From: a virus
DNA: 64,000 bases
Strand: one strand, 5' to 3'
Virus record (IMG/VR): IMGVR_UViG_3300040801_002923
Coordinates: 54,482 to 118,481 of that record
Shown: positions 20,001 through 27,778 of the stretch, one piece after another
How positions within the stretch are numbered: position 1 is the stretch's first letter
How the letters are laid out: every line of letters begins with the position of its first letter
Position numbers and translations under genes: made by a program
Notes under the pieces: generated by a model
Databases searched by the model: none
What the model was told of the DNA's origin: nothing
The model's input: the letters and a program-made list of their open reading frames with translations, nothing else

Positions 20001-23000
20001 ACTGGGATCCAAACGATCTGTATGCGTATGATCGCCTCCCAGCCGCAGTAAAACTGTCCGCAGGGCCAAACGCCTCTTCGAACGCAACGCGAATTCGAAT
20101 TGTACAGAAAAACGTAACATCAACGGCTGATGGATCAACACCACCGGCGTCTGGATGGGTTCCATTTGACAACGAGATCGACGTAACGGGTGATGGGTTG
20201 GTCATCGGTGCTCTTGGCTCAAACCTGGGATCGTTTACCGGTCAAGACAACACAGTTGTTCTCACTGATGCGACAACCGACGAACACGTGTTCCTCGCTG
20301 ACCTAACGGATATCGATTTCACAAATTTCTTTGCTGAGGCGCCTAACTCAACACCAGGCGCCTGGTATCGCATGGAAGTCACAGCACAGAACTACGTGGG
20401 CGGTGAACTCGACGCGCAGTCAAACACAGAAACGGTCGACGTTCGCGTAGGGTCTCCGCCTGCTGGCACACCAACGCTGACAATCAACGGTCCTGTCGAT
20501 CAAGCAGGCGAGGGTGGGCCTTCTGCGTTTACGAACCTCCGCGACGCTATTACAATTGGTGGTGGCACTATCCAAAGCTTCGGTCTGCGTTTCACGGCAG
20601 CAGAATTCAACACCACATCGACGTCCGCGGGGCCACCGCCAACAACTGGCTGGCAACCGCTATCAATGCCTGAACTCGCAACATCATCTATTGGTGACCT
20701 GGAATCTGTGAGTTGGAACGATGATGGCTACTACTCATCGGCATCGCGCCTAGTACCACGAAATACATCATCGTTTGGCACGGGTGTCGTTTCGCCGGTA
20801 CCGTTGCCAGATACAACAACGTTCTTCGCTCTCGGTGGCGAAGCGACGCCTGGTGTGTGGTTCCGCTATGCTGTAACAGCTGTTAACGCCAGTGGCGCAT
20901 CGCGCGCTGCATTGCTAACAATGCGTGTTGGAAGCGATGGTGTTGTTCCGACGACTCCAGATTTTCAGGTGAATGGATTTATTTCAAACCCAATTGCTCC
21001 GTTTTCCGGTAGTGTTATTGGTCACTCAGCTGCCGCTTCAACAAGCAGCAATCAAATCAACAACATTCTAACATTCCCAGGACCTAGCGTCGGCGCAACC
21101 GTGACAGCAACGGTCACTCACTACGCGGAGATAACACCTAGACACAATCTCACACCGCCTGATTATCCAACAGATGCTGATACAACATGGTATGTACCAG
21201 GTACAGGTCCTGAATCGACTGCAACACTATCTGTTGGGCCGTCAGGAAGTCAAGTCGTGTTCCCACCAGGTCCGAGTGTAGTATTTGACGTATCGTCGGG
21301 ATTCATGGCAGCTGTATTCACCGCCGGTCCTGATAACTCCGATGAAGTGTGGTGGAGACTTGAACTCGAGTACAACGATGGCGTTGGTGGTATTCAGACA
21401 CGTCCTCTATACCTCAAGTTTAGTGAGACATCCTACGGCACCATTGACAATGTTCCTACTTTGTCAGCAGAGGGGTGGATTGACCAAACAATGGGCGATG
21501 TTACACCAGCTCAGCGTATTCCGAATGAATACAACCCCAACGATCTGCATCCGTATGATTCGTTCCCCGACGCTGTTGTGCAGCAGGTCGATTCGGGTGG
21601 GGCAGCGACTGGCAGAACACTAGTACCAACAATCCTCGAAAAAAACCTCACTGCCACGTTGCCGGGGGAGGCACCACCAACAGCAGGGTGGATACCGTTT
21701 GGTGGCGAAAGTGAAACTGATGGTCTTGCTATGGGGGTCGCCTGGCGCTCAGGATCGACAGGAACTTCAACAGATATCGGATCAATTGCTGTTATCGGTG
21801 GAGACGACGTAACGGTACCCAACCTAATACCAGCTCCGTGGAGAGTATCTGGTCCGTCAACGAGTGGAACAGCACGATCCTTTGAGACGACCAACTACTT
21901 TGCGGAACTACCGGGATCTACCCCAGGTGCGTGGTATCGCGTTGGACTCATACCTCTTCAAGCAGATTTCTACCCGCAGGGTGGTGAATTGATTCCGGGG
22001 GAAAATGAACCAATCATCATCGAAGTCAAGGCAGGCCCAGCCGTTACGGGTGGTAATGGTGCACCAACGCTGGTGATCAATGGACCTGTTGATCAGTCGC
22101 CAGGTCGCGATTCTGGTTCCTTCGAAACGTTCGCGGATGCAATTACCGTTAGTGGTGTTGCCGGTGGGTCTGGCACGGGTCAGCTGAAGTACACACTGGT
22201 TGCTAAGAACGATACAGCACCGCAGGCTGGTGCAACACCACCGACGACTGGTTGGGTTGCGTTCGACGCTAACGATCCAACAGACGGTTTGATTATCAAC
22301 AACAGCTCTACCGATGGCCCAGGTGCAACAGGACCGTTTACGTTCCCTGCGCAGAGTTCGTTTATCTCCCCGTCGACGGGTACATATCGATGCTTAACAC
22401 CATCGACAACAACCAATTACCTTGCGGAGCGCCCTGGGGCAACGCCAGGTACCTGGTATCGTTTCCTTGTCACCGCGACACGGGACTCGGGATCTAACGA
22501 TCATGGCGCAAGAACAGCTACCGCATATCTGGATGTTCGTGTCTCCAACACGGGTGGCGGCAGCGGCGTTGAAATTCCGGGTCTGGTAACACTGTCGGCA
22601 CCTGGCGCGTTCTTGGTAGATGCTAATGGAGCAACACCAGCTGCGGGTGGTGTAACACAAATGTCGGATCTATTGGTTGTTGATCCAAGTGTGACAATTT
22701 TGAGCTTCACCCCAATAGGATTTGTTGACGCGGCGTCGGGTAGCAGTGGGAACCCACCACCGGCACCGGGCTCGTTTGGCACAATCACAGCCGTTACGGA
22801 AGGTATTCGCTTCAACCCGCTCACACAATATAGTGGTGGATCCTTCTCGGGATACCCACCGCAGACGGATGTATGGCCTGGTGGCACGCCAAGCTATGTA
22901 GTTAACCCGTATCAGGGAGTTCTGCCAGACGACACAGGTTCGTTCCTCAATAAGTTCATCACCGGCGGCGGTGGAACATCCGCTTCGGGTCGCTGGTGGG

Positions 23001-23071
23001 AGGTTGAAGTGCGCGCTGAACGGCTGGACGGGGACTTCACTCTCTTGACGGTGTATATGGCAGACTTCTAA
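17030..23071 (+). CDS. Very large fibre/adhesin-like virion protein (2013 aa) with internal repeats
   Basis: DPKESVRAAT...GDRVLVKDQ...ENGIY module, H...AH.A..I...DVQ.A..EL repeats, and about 170 aa repeats ending T.FFA..P..TPG.WYR. Confidence 0.8.
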   Translation: MRLNFRQGIVSYPQPGNPPSFLLVSGNFVDLRTTNGPISVTFAHKDTDYFFSEGRDVVGAWGPFPDGFPVWLYWDIDRQTGQRTFGHTTVEPIASISAPLDPVEDQHWFNTGNATHFVWQSGRWVEVIRVFAARYDGGGIPFGALGSNSQLPFAGTQVGLVGGTVFAGTLLFDEAGNPIVKSSNGTFYTTETEFFSGATRINGIRLESDVITGVVAQNTPAYSVVRFGSDNRLQLAEYNDSELNAIAITTQQGLVNDLINVVAQGVVVNEQWNWPNIGAALYIGAGGVLTEEDAHDTNPSVFPIARVPVARVIGRRSVIFQQGLGGVGPAGPAGSVGNLPFASSTERGTTFLDVDPATGTLPIAVGVNSPLLAGAPFAPLAHLTDPNAHPATSITFAPSGNLTSTDVQAALEELDTFAQSIAAGFDPKESVRAATNGPLAGAVYTPTNGFAGTGQFTSPPTVIDGVTLQTGDRVLVKDQADPRENGIYTVVTAGGFWDRAPDQNGTPSAEVSAGNFTVVEQGAVNTNVGWILAGNGELTLNTDPLVWVRFSGGVPLSHLTDPDAHTAANITNVAAVSTQFGTPSVVADVAATDVQGAVNELLDEKALARPAYTAFGNLPDATTASGMYAFVSGDDKHYVSDGVDWIGLIREDSNLTIDIPFFARDTWATPGDIMASYVAARTITVPAGAPGSVAVANTPAASNTSFDLVQVPVGGVGSFIVGTVDFAAGSNVGTFNVAANFGLIAGEQLRLVASAPVDGTIADISVNIVGCAPLAVCIPVTPAPPPVVGPELLIFGYAYDGVFSLDPEDPPIVIADAGYLVDAYAVTENSDLSDVIAQGGDPITSITIRATHYYAAPDNFTQVERETPPEYPSSEWYALGTGPNPTYGVRLTYNAASVDYPALTPLDITSLTGTFDYTELAGGTPSAIGHWIRAEVTAENGGGGETVKALYLRRQVAQPNDLNAIDLLLTVDGWVDQHDAPVTPLARNAGDWDPNDLYAYDRLPAAVKLSAGPNASSNATRIRIVQKNVTSTADGSTPPASGWVPFDNEIDVTGDGLVIGALGSNLGSFTGQDNTVVLTDATTDEHVFLADLTDIDFTNFFAEAPNSTPGAWYRMEVTAQNYVGGELDAQSNTETVDVRVGSPPAGTPTLTINGPVDQAGEGGPSAFTNLRDAITIGGGTIQSFGLRFTAAEFNTTSTSAGPPPTTGWQPLSMPELATSSIGDLESVSWNDDGYYSSASRLVPRNTSSFGTGVVSPVPLPDTTTFFALGGEATPGVWFRYAVTAVNASGASRAALLTMRVGSDGVVPTTPDFQVNGFISNPIAPFSGSVIGHSAAASTSSNQINNILTFPGPSVGATVTATVTHYAEITPRHNLTPPDYPTDADTTWYVPGTGPESTATLSVGPSGSQVVFPPGPSVVFDVSSGFMAAVFTAGPDNSDEVWWRLELEYNDGVGGIQTRPLYLKFSETSYGTIDNVPTLSAEGWIDQTMGDVTPAQRIPNEYNPNDLHPYDSFPDAVVQQVDSGGAATGRTLVPTILEKNLTATLPGEAPPTAGWIPFGGESETDGLAMGVAWRSGSTGTSTDIGSIAVIGGDDVTVPNLIPAPWRVSGPSTSGTARSFETTNYFAELPGSTPGAWYRVGLIPLQADFYPQGGELIPGENEPIIIEVKAGPAVTGGNGAPTLVINGPVDQSPGRDSGSFETFADAITVSGVAGGSGTGQLKYTLVAKNDTAPQAGATPPTTGWVAFDANDPTDGLIINNSSTDGPGATGPFTFPAQSSFISPSTGTYRCLTPSTTTNYLAERPGATPGTWYRFLVTATRDSGSNDHGARTATAYLDVRVSNTGGGSGVEIPGLVTLSAPGAFLVDANGATPAAGGVTQMSDLLVVDPSVTILSFTPIGFVDAASGSSGNPPPAPGSFGTITAVTEGIRFNPLTQYSGGSFSGYPPQTDVWPGGTPSYVVNPYQGVLPDDTGSFLNKFITGGGGTSASGRWWEVEVRAERLDGDFTLLTVYMADF

Positions 23072-23095
23072 GGGCTAGGGTAGGAGCAGTGGCTC

Positions 23096-23650
23096 CTACC
23101 CTAGAACGCACTCTACGAAGTCCAGGTTGGCAAAGCGGGGGAACGAGTAGTTCTCCCGTAAGTACTTGTATGTCACAGCTTTACGCCCCGTCATATCGAT
23201 GTATACAAGGTCTATACCAACAGCCCTGTAGGCTTCGGGCCACGGCCATCCGTCTTTTTGATATGGTGTCAGCGCCTGATTCTCAGCATCAGTTGTTTTA
23301 TGGATTTGCCTCTGCACACTAAGAAGATGTGAGAACTGTTTGAGTGTTGGTGGGTTATTACGCCTTGCAGCAAAGTAGTCGAGAATAATCACCCCACTCT
23401 GCTGTCTCGATCTGAAGTGCTCGGGTGTTCCTTTGAGAGCTCGTTTTTGTCGATGACATTCATCAAGTAGCGCCATCGACATGAATCCTGTCCAGATGTT
23501 GGGTAGATCGTAGATTGCGTTGCTAATGATTCGCGCCACTATACCGATTCTATCCGCGCACTGCTTATCGTAATCTTCGAGCCACCAATAAGATGTTAGC
23601 TTTTTGTGCAACATCTCAATCATGATCTCACTTCTTCCTGCTTTTGCCAT
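23096..23650 (-). CDS. Hypothetical protein, possibly an HNH-like (His-Me) nuclease
   Basis: GGAGG RBS; TPEH...IHKTT.AENQAL...W..AY..VGI pattern; lone minus-strand gene. Confidence 0.5.
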   Translation of the reverse strand: MAKAGRSEIMIEMLHKKLTSYWWLEDYDKQCADRIGIVARIISNAIYDLPNIWTGFMSMALLDECHRQKRALKGTPEHFRSRQQSGVIILDYFAARRNNPPTLKQFSHLLSVQRQIHKTTDAENQALTPYQKDGWPWPEAYRAVGIDLVYIDMTGRKAVTYKYLRENYSFPRFANLDFVECVLG

Positions 23651-23808
23651 ATATGCCTCCCTGTTGCGATCGTCCAGGGGACAACCGGTCAGGGGGGCTT
23701 ACAGGACGTCCAGCTCCGTTGTCAACGGGGACCTAGCAAATACCATTTTAACAGGTAAAAACCACGTTTAGGTAGTCTAAAAATAGGCAACTTTGTAAGG
23801 GTAAAGCA

Positions 23809-23935
23809 TAAATACCTATGTTAAGGACGTTGTCCTTAACTCAGAACGGAAGTAGTATTCAGAACTGAAGTACAGAACAATCTCCTCCAAAAAAGAAGAG
23901 AACAACAACAAGAAGAGAACAAATAGGAGGCCCCG
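23809..23935 (+). promoter_or_regulatory. SSB gene leader: late promoter, hairpin and A-rich repeated operator-like tract
   Basis: TAAATA 23809-14; GTTAAGGAC-GTT-GTCCTTAAC hairpin 23820-40; AAGAAGAGAACAA twice (23893, 23910) just before the AGGAGG RBS. Confidence 0.55.
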
Positions 23936-24868
23936 ATGGCACTTTCTCTCGAACAACTACGCGCCGCGTTCAAAACCCCCGAGCGTTCCGGCAACACACT
24001 ACCAAACAACTACTACCCCTTCTTCAACATGAAGACAGGCGAGCAGGCAACAGTCCGCTTCCTTCCGGATGCAAATGCTGATAACCCTCTCGGCTTTCTT
24101 GTCGAGAAGCTGACCCACGTACTAGAAATCAACGGCGAGCGTAAGACAGTTCCGTGTCTCCGCATGTATGGCGAAGACTGCCCGATCTGTGCCGTGTCCT
24201 CTGCATACTACAAGGCGGAAGACAAGGTGAACGGTAAGAAGTACTGGCGGAAGAAGTCACACCTTGCGCAGGCTCTTGTCGTCGAAGACCCAATGCCAGC
24301 TGATGAGCAGACAGGCGAAACACACGAAGGCAAGGTTCGCTTCTTGAACCTCGGTTACCAGGTGTACAACGTCATCAAAGATGCGTTCGAGTCGGGTGAG
24401 CTGGATGACGTACCGTTTGCTTTCGAAGGCGGGTGCAACTTCATCCTCAAGAAGACGCAGCAGGGTGAATACCCAGCATGGACGATGTCAAAGTTTGCAC
24501 GCAGCGAATCTGACCTCACGGCTGAGGAGATTGAGATCGCTGAAGAGGGAATGATCGACTTGTCCACTCTTCTGCCGAAGAACCCAGGTCGTGAAAAGGT
24601 CGAAGCGATGCTTGAAGCGGCTCTATCAGGTGCCGAGTATGTCGAGCCAAGCTCTGGCGATTCAGCACCGACAACTCCAGCTCCCGCTTCAGCTCCCGCT
24701 TCAGCTCCAGCTCCAGCTCCAGCTCCAGCTCCTACCAAGGCAGAGAACGTGAAGGAAACTTCAGTCCCAACCCCTGCAGTGTCTGACGAAGACAGCGAAG
24801 GTGGTGAAGCCGACGCGGAGAAGATTCTTGCGCAGATTCGCGCTCGCCGCAACAAGCGCGCGGAGTAA
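23936..24868 (+). CDS. Single-stranded DNA-binding protein (T4 gp32-like)
   Basis: ATVRFLPD, Zn ligands H...C......CPIC, YWRKK, GCNFILKK, SKF; adjacent to uvsX. Confidence 0.9.
   Translation: MALSLEQLRAAFKTPERSGNTLPNNYYPFFNMKTGEQATVRFLPDANADNPLGFLVEKLTHVLEINGERKTVPCLRMYGEDCPICAVSSAYYKAEDKVNGKKYWRKKSHLAQALVVEDPMPADEQTGETHEGKVRFLNLGYQVYNVIKDAFESGELDDVPFAFEGGCNFILKKTQQGEYPAWTMSKFARSESDLTAEEIEIAEEGMIDLSTLLPKNPGREKVEAMLEAALSGAEYVEPSSGDSAPTTPAPASAPASAPAPAPAPAPTKAENVKETSVPTPAVSDEDSEGGEADAEKILAQIRARRNKRAE
24677..24733 (+). repeat. 6 bp-period tandem repeat encoding a Pro-Ala linker in SSB
   Basis: (CCAGCT/CCCGCT/TCAGCT)n. Confidence 0.85.
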
Positions 24869-24887
24869 TCTGAAGTTGCATAATCAG

Positions 24888-24913
24888 ATGGGCGGCCCTG
24901 CCGCCCATGTTTT
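24888..24913 (+). terminator. Terminator or attenuator between SSB and uvsX
   Basis: ATGGGCGGC-CCT-GCCGCCCAT followed by GTTTT. Confidence 0.7.
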
Positions 24914-24929
24914 CCGGAGGTACGTCTAA

Positions 24930-26015
24930 GTGAAATTCCTCAACGACTTCAAAAAGGATCTGGGTAAGCTAGGTCTGCAGGAAGGTACGGCTGAGCCACC
25001 AAAGTACTGGTATTCGTCTGGTAGCTACGTCCTTAACCGCACAATTTCAGGCGACTTCATGAAATGTGTCGCACAAGGCCGCATTCTGGGTCTTGTCGGG
25101 CCGTCAGGTTCGGGTAAGAGTTTTGTAGCATGTAACATCATGCGCGAAGCTCAACGGGCAGGTGCACACATCGTCGTTCTCGACAGCGAAAACGCGCTCG
25201 ATAGTGACTTTGTAAGCAAAATTGGTGTCGATCCAGAGAACAACTACACCTACGTATCGGTTGATACGATTCCGCAGGTGCAAAAGGTTGTCTCATCCTT
25301 CATCAACGGCTACAAGAAAGAGTACGATGGTAGCGATGACGATCCGCAAGTTCTGTTCGTCATTGACAGCCTCGATATGCTGATCACCGAAACAGAGGAG
25401 GAGAACTTCCGCAAAGGGGTTCACAAAGGCGATCAGGGCCAACGAAACAAGCAGCTGAAAGCTATGCTAAGGCAGTTTGTTCAGGCTATCAAGAACTACA
25501 ACATCGCCATGGTAATCACCGATCAGGTTTATCGCAACCAAGATGTGATGAATGGCGAGGGTGTTTGGATGGTGAAAGATGCGGTCAAGTATTCGCTCTC
25601 TCAAATCATCATGCTAACGAAGCTCAAGCTGCGCGGCGAAGGTCGTGATATCGAGGGCATTCGCATGAAATGTGAGGGCTACAAGACCCGCTTTACAAAA
25701 CCATTCCAGACAGTAACGCTGGAGGTTCCATATGAGACGGGCATCGATCCGTATAATGGTCTTCTGGAAGTTGCAATCGAGCTTGATGTAGTTCAGAAGA
25801 AAGGCAGCTGGTATGTATTCAAAGACCAGCAGTTCCGTCGCACGGACTTTAACACGGTAGGCGAAGATGTAATGATTGCATGTCAAGCCCTAAGTGATAG
25901 GTTCCTCACAGCGTTGGTGTCAACGGATGAAGAAGAAACCGTTGATCAACCAACTAGCAAATCGCGGCGCGAAGCCAAATTCGTTGGCGATAAGCAGGAA
26001 AGACTAGACGACTAA
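24930..26015 (+). CDS. uvsX: RecA-like recombinase UvsX
   Basis: GPSGSGKS, LDSENAL, FVIDSL, K.D.G.R.K.LK, KTRFTKPF, GIDPYNGL. Confidence 0.93.
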   Translation: MKFLNDFKKDLGKLGLQEGTAEPPKYWYSSGSYVLNRTISGDFMKCVAQGRILGLVGPSGSGKSFVACNIMREAQRAGAHIVVLDSENALDSDFVSKIGVDPENNYTYVSVDTIPQVQKVVSSFINGYKKEYDGSDDDPQVLFVIDSLDMLITETEEENFRKGVHKGDQGQRNKQLKAMLRQFVQAIKNYNIAMVITDQVYRNQDVMNGEGVWMVKDAVKYSLSQIIMLTKLKLRGEGRDIEGIRMKCEGYKTRFTKPFQTVTLEVPYETGIDPYNGLLEVAIELDVVQKKGSWYVFKDQQFRRTDFNTVGEDVMIACQALSDRFLTALVSTDEEETVDQPTSKSRREAKFVGDKQERLDD

Positions 26016-26020
26016 GCCTT

Positions 26021-26057
26021 GGTGGGTCCGAGCTTGTCTCGGACCCACCTTTCCTTT
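26021..26057 (+). terminator. Rho-independent terminator
   Basis: GGTGGGTCCGAG-CTTGT-CTCGGACCCACC followed by TTTCCTTT. Confidence 0.8.
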
Positions 26058-26062
26058 ATACT
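26034..26062 (+). promoter_or_regulatory. Sigma70-like promoter overlapping the terminator
   Basis: TTGTCT-17 nt-TATACT. Confidence 0.5.
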
Positions 26063-26086
26063 AAGCTATTTGCTTAGGAAATAACG

Positions 26087-26785
26087 ATGAGACGAGACGA
26101 AATACTCAACCGGCTTATTTGTAGGCACGTGGCAGGATCCCGTGCCTACGGGACCAGCGGTGAAATGTCTGACTGGGATTATCGTGGTATCTGGGCGTCA
26201 CCTAGAAAGGCGGTGCTCACACCGCTGTTTGGAAATCACCAAACATTCGAAGATGGTCAAGAAGAAGATACGGTGTATTACGAGTTGCGCCACTATGTCA
26301 AGCTCGCTGCAAACATGAACCCAAACGTTCTCGAAACGCTTTGGATTCCTCTTGAGAAGTTTGACATTGCGGAGACACCCTATATGTTTCTTCGCAACAT
26401 TCGCGACTCGTTCATGTCGAAGCAAATCGCAACAACTACCATTGGCTATGCAACAGCTGAGTTCAGTCGAGTTAAGAAGAAACTCGAACGCACCGGTGCA
26501 ATGAGTCATAAAAATGCAATGCATGTTGTACGACTAATGCGTATGGGAATGGAAGCGTTACAAACTGGACAGTACAACGTTGAACGGCCAGACGCCGATG
26601 AGTTGCTCCACATTAAAAATGGCGGGTGGACTCTCGATGAGTTAGAGGCGTATACTAACGATATGTATGCTAAAATGAAGAAGGTTGAACTCACAACTGA
26701 TCTTCCTGAATCACCAGACCGCGAAGAGATTGCTGAAACGGTTTGGGATATCTATAACCTGACGTGGAGTTTGCATGACGACTAA
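26087..26785 (+). CDS. Pol-beta superfamily nucleotidyltransferase (T4 NrdC.11/RlaP-like)
   Basis: GSRAYG....SD.DYRGI, NPN.LE.L, K.AMH..RL, LL.IK.G. Confidence 0.85.
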   Translation: MRRDEILNRLICRHVAGSRAYGTSGEMSDWDYRGIWASPRKAVLTPLFGNHQTFEDGQEEDTVYYELRHYVKLAANMNPNVLETLWIPLEKFDIAETPYMFLRNIRDSFMSKQIATTTIGYATAEFSRVKKKLERTGAMSHKNAMHVVRLMRMGMEALQTGQYNVERPDADELLHIKNGGWTLDELEAYTNDMYAKMKKVELTTDLPESPDREEIAETVWDIYNLTWSLHDD

Positions 26786-27317
26786 GCTCAGCCTTCTGTT
26801 CAAACGCAGATCAGAGCAGTTCAACAAAACAACAAAGGTGATCGAAGGGGCGCTCGAGCCAACACTACGGGCAATTCGCACCCATCTAGCAAACCAACAG
26901 GGACAAGACTTCGCAGATGTAGTAGAATGGATTGGATTTGGAACTGGTGAAAGAACAGATAGTGCTGATGACACGGACTATCTGGTAATCGTAGCAAAAG
27001 CTAATTACACCATCGACCAACCTTTCCAAGATGCAGATGGTAATTACATCGCAAGCATGAGTCCGACAGATGTAGCACATCTGTCGCAGCCGTTCCAAGT
27101 TATCATGCCCATGGCTCTAGCCGAAGAGGGCGACGAAGCAAAAGTTTTGAAGTTCTTTGAGGACTTGCAGCAGGAACGCAAAGAGATGTCCGAGGCATGG
27201 ATGGGTGCCTTCGATGACGAAGCCTTTGACGATGATGATGACGAAGGCATCAACGTCGATGATGAACTAGAGATGCTTGATCACCTTCGTGGACCAACGG
27301 AGAAAATCATCCATTGA
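26775..27317 (+). CDS. Hypothetical protein with acidic C-terminus
   Basis: 180 aa ORF in a coupled operon. Confidence 0.65.
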   Translation: MTTKLSLLFKRRSEQFNKTTKVIEGALEPTLRAIRTHLANQQGQDFADVVEWIGFGTGERTDSADDTDYLVIVAKANYTIDQPFQDADGNYIASMSPTDVAHLSQPFQVIMPMALAEEGDEAKVLKFFEDLQQERKEMSEAWMGAFDDEAFDDDDDEGINVDDELEMLDHLRGPTEKIIH

Positions 27318-27778
27318 GCGCACTAGATCGCATTGTAGGCAACATCCACCGTCTCCCCGCCGTACTCGAAGAGTATGAGCGGGGCCTTGACCAGGAGACA
27401 GTTGAAGCAAACCTTGCGATCAAAGGGAAGGTACTCGAAGTAGCCAATACCGAACAAGCGGGTTGGCTACTCTATTACTCCTCACGCAAGGCTGAGCTGT
27501 ACGCTCTTCTTAAATGGCTGGAGGGGCAACTGTCCGCCGTTCGAGGCAAGCACTTTCGCGCGTATACCGAACACTATCAGCGCGAGCTATCAGACCGACA
27601 AAAGGACAAGTACATCGACAATGAGCAAGATGTACAAGTGCAGCTGGAATTGTACCTCACAGTTAAAGAGATGCACGATCGCTATGAAGCTGTAGTTGAT
27701 GCGTTTCAAGCGAGAGGTTTCGCACTGCGAAACATCACCGAACTAAGAATAAGAAGTCTTGAAGACTCAGTAATTTAA
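27314..27778 (+). CDS. uvsY: Recombination mediator UvsY-like
   Basis: Helical 154 aa protein with KYID.E...RGFAL.NI..LR pattern, directly upstream of uvsW. Confidence 0.75.
   Translation: MSALDRIVGNIHRLPAVLEEYERGLDQETVEANLAIKGKVLEVANTEQAGWLLYYSSRKAELYALLKWLEGQLSAVRGKHFRAYTEHYQRELSDRQKDKYIDNEQDVQVQLELYLTVKEMHDRYEAVVDAFQARGFALRNITELRIRSLEDSVI

Noticed and set aside
23730-23810. AT-rich gap as a replication origin
   Set aside because: No iterons or other support; explained by divergent promoters
23841-23925. Short repeats considered as a CRISPR array
   Set aside because: Repeats are 6-13 nt with no spacer periodicity; better explained as an mRNA leader
24355-24855. 166 aa ORF with a GAGAGA repeat
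   Set aside because: Reverse-complement reading of the SSB Pro-Ala linker
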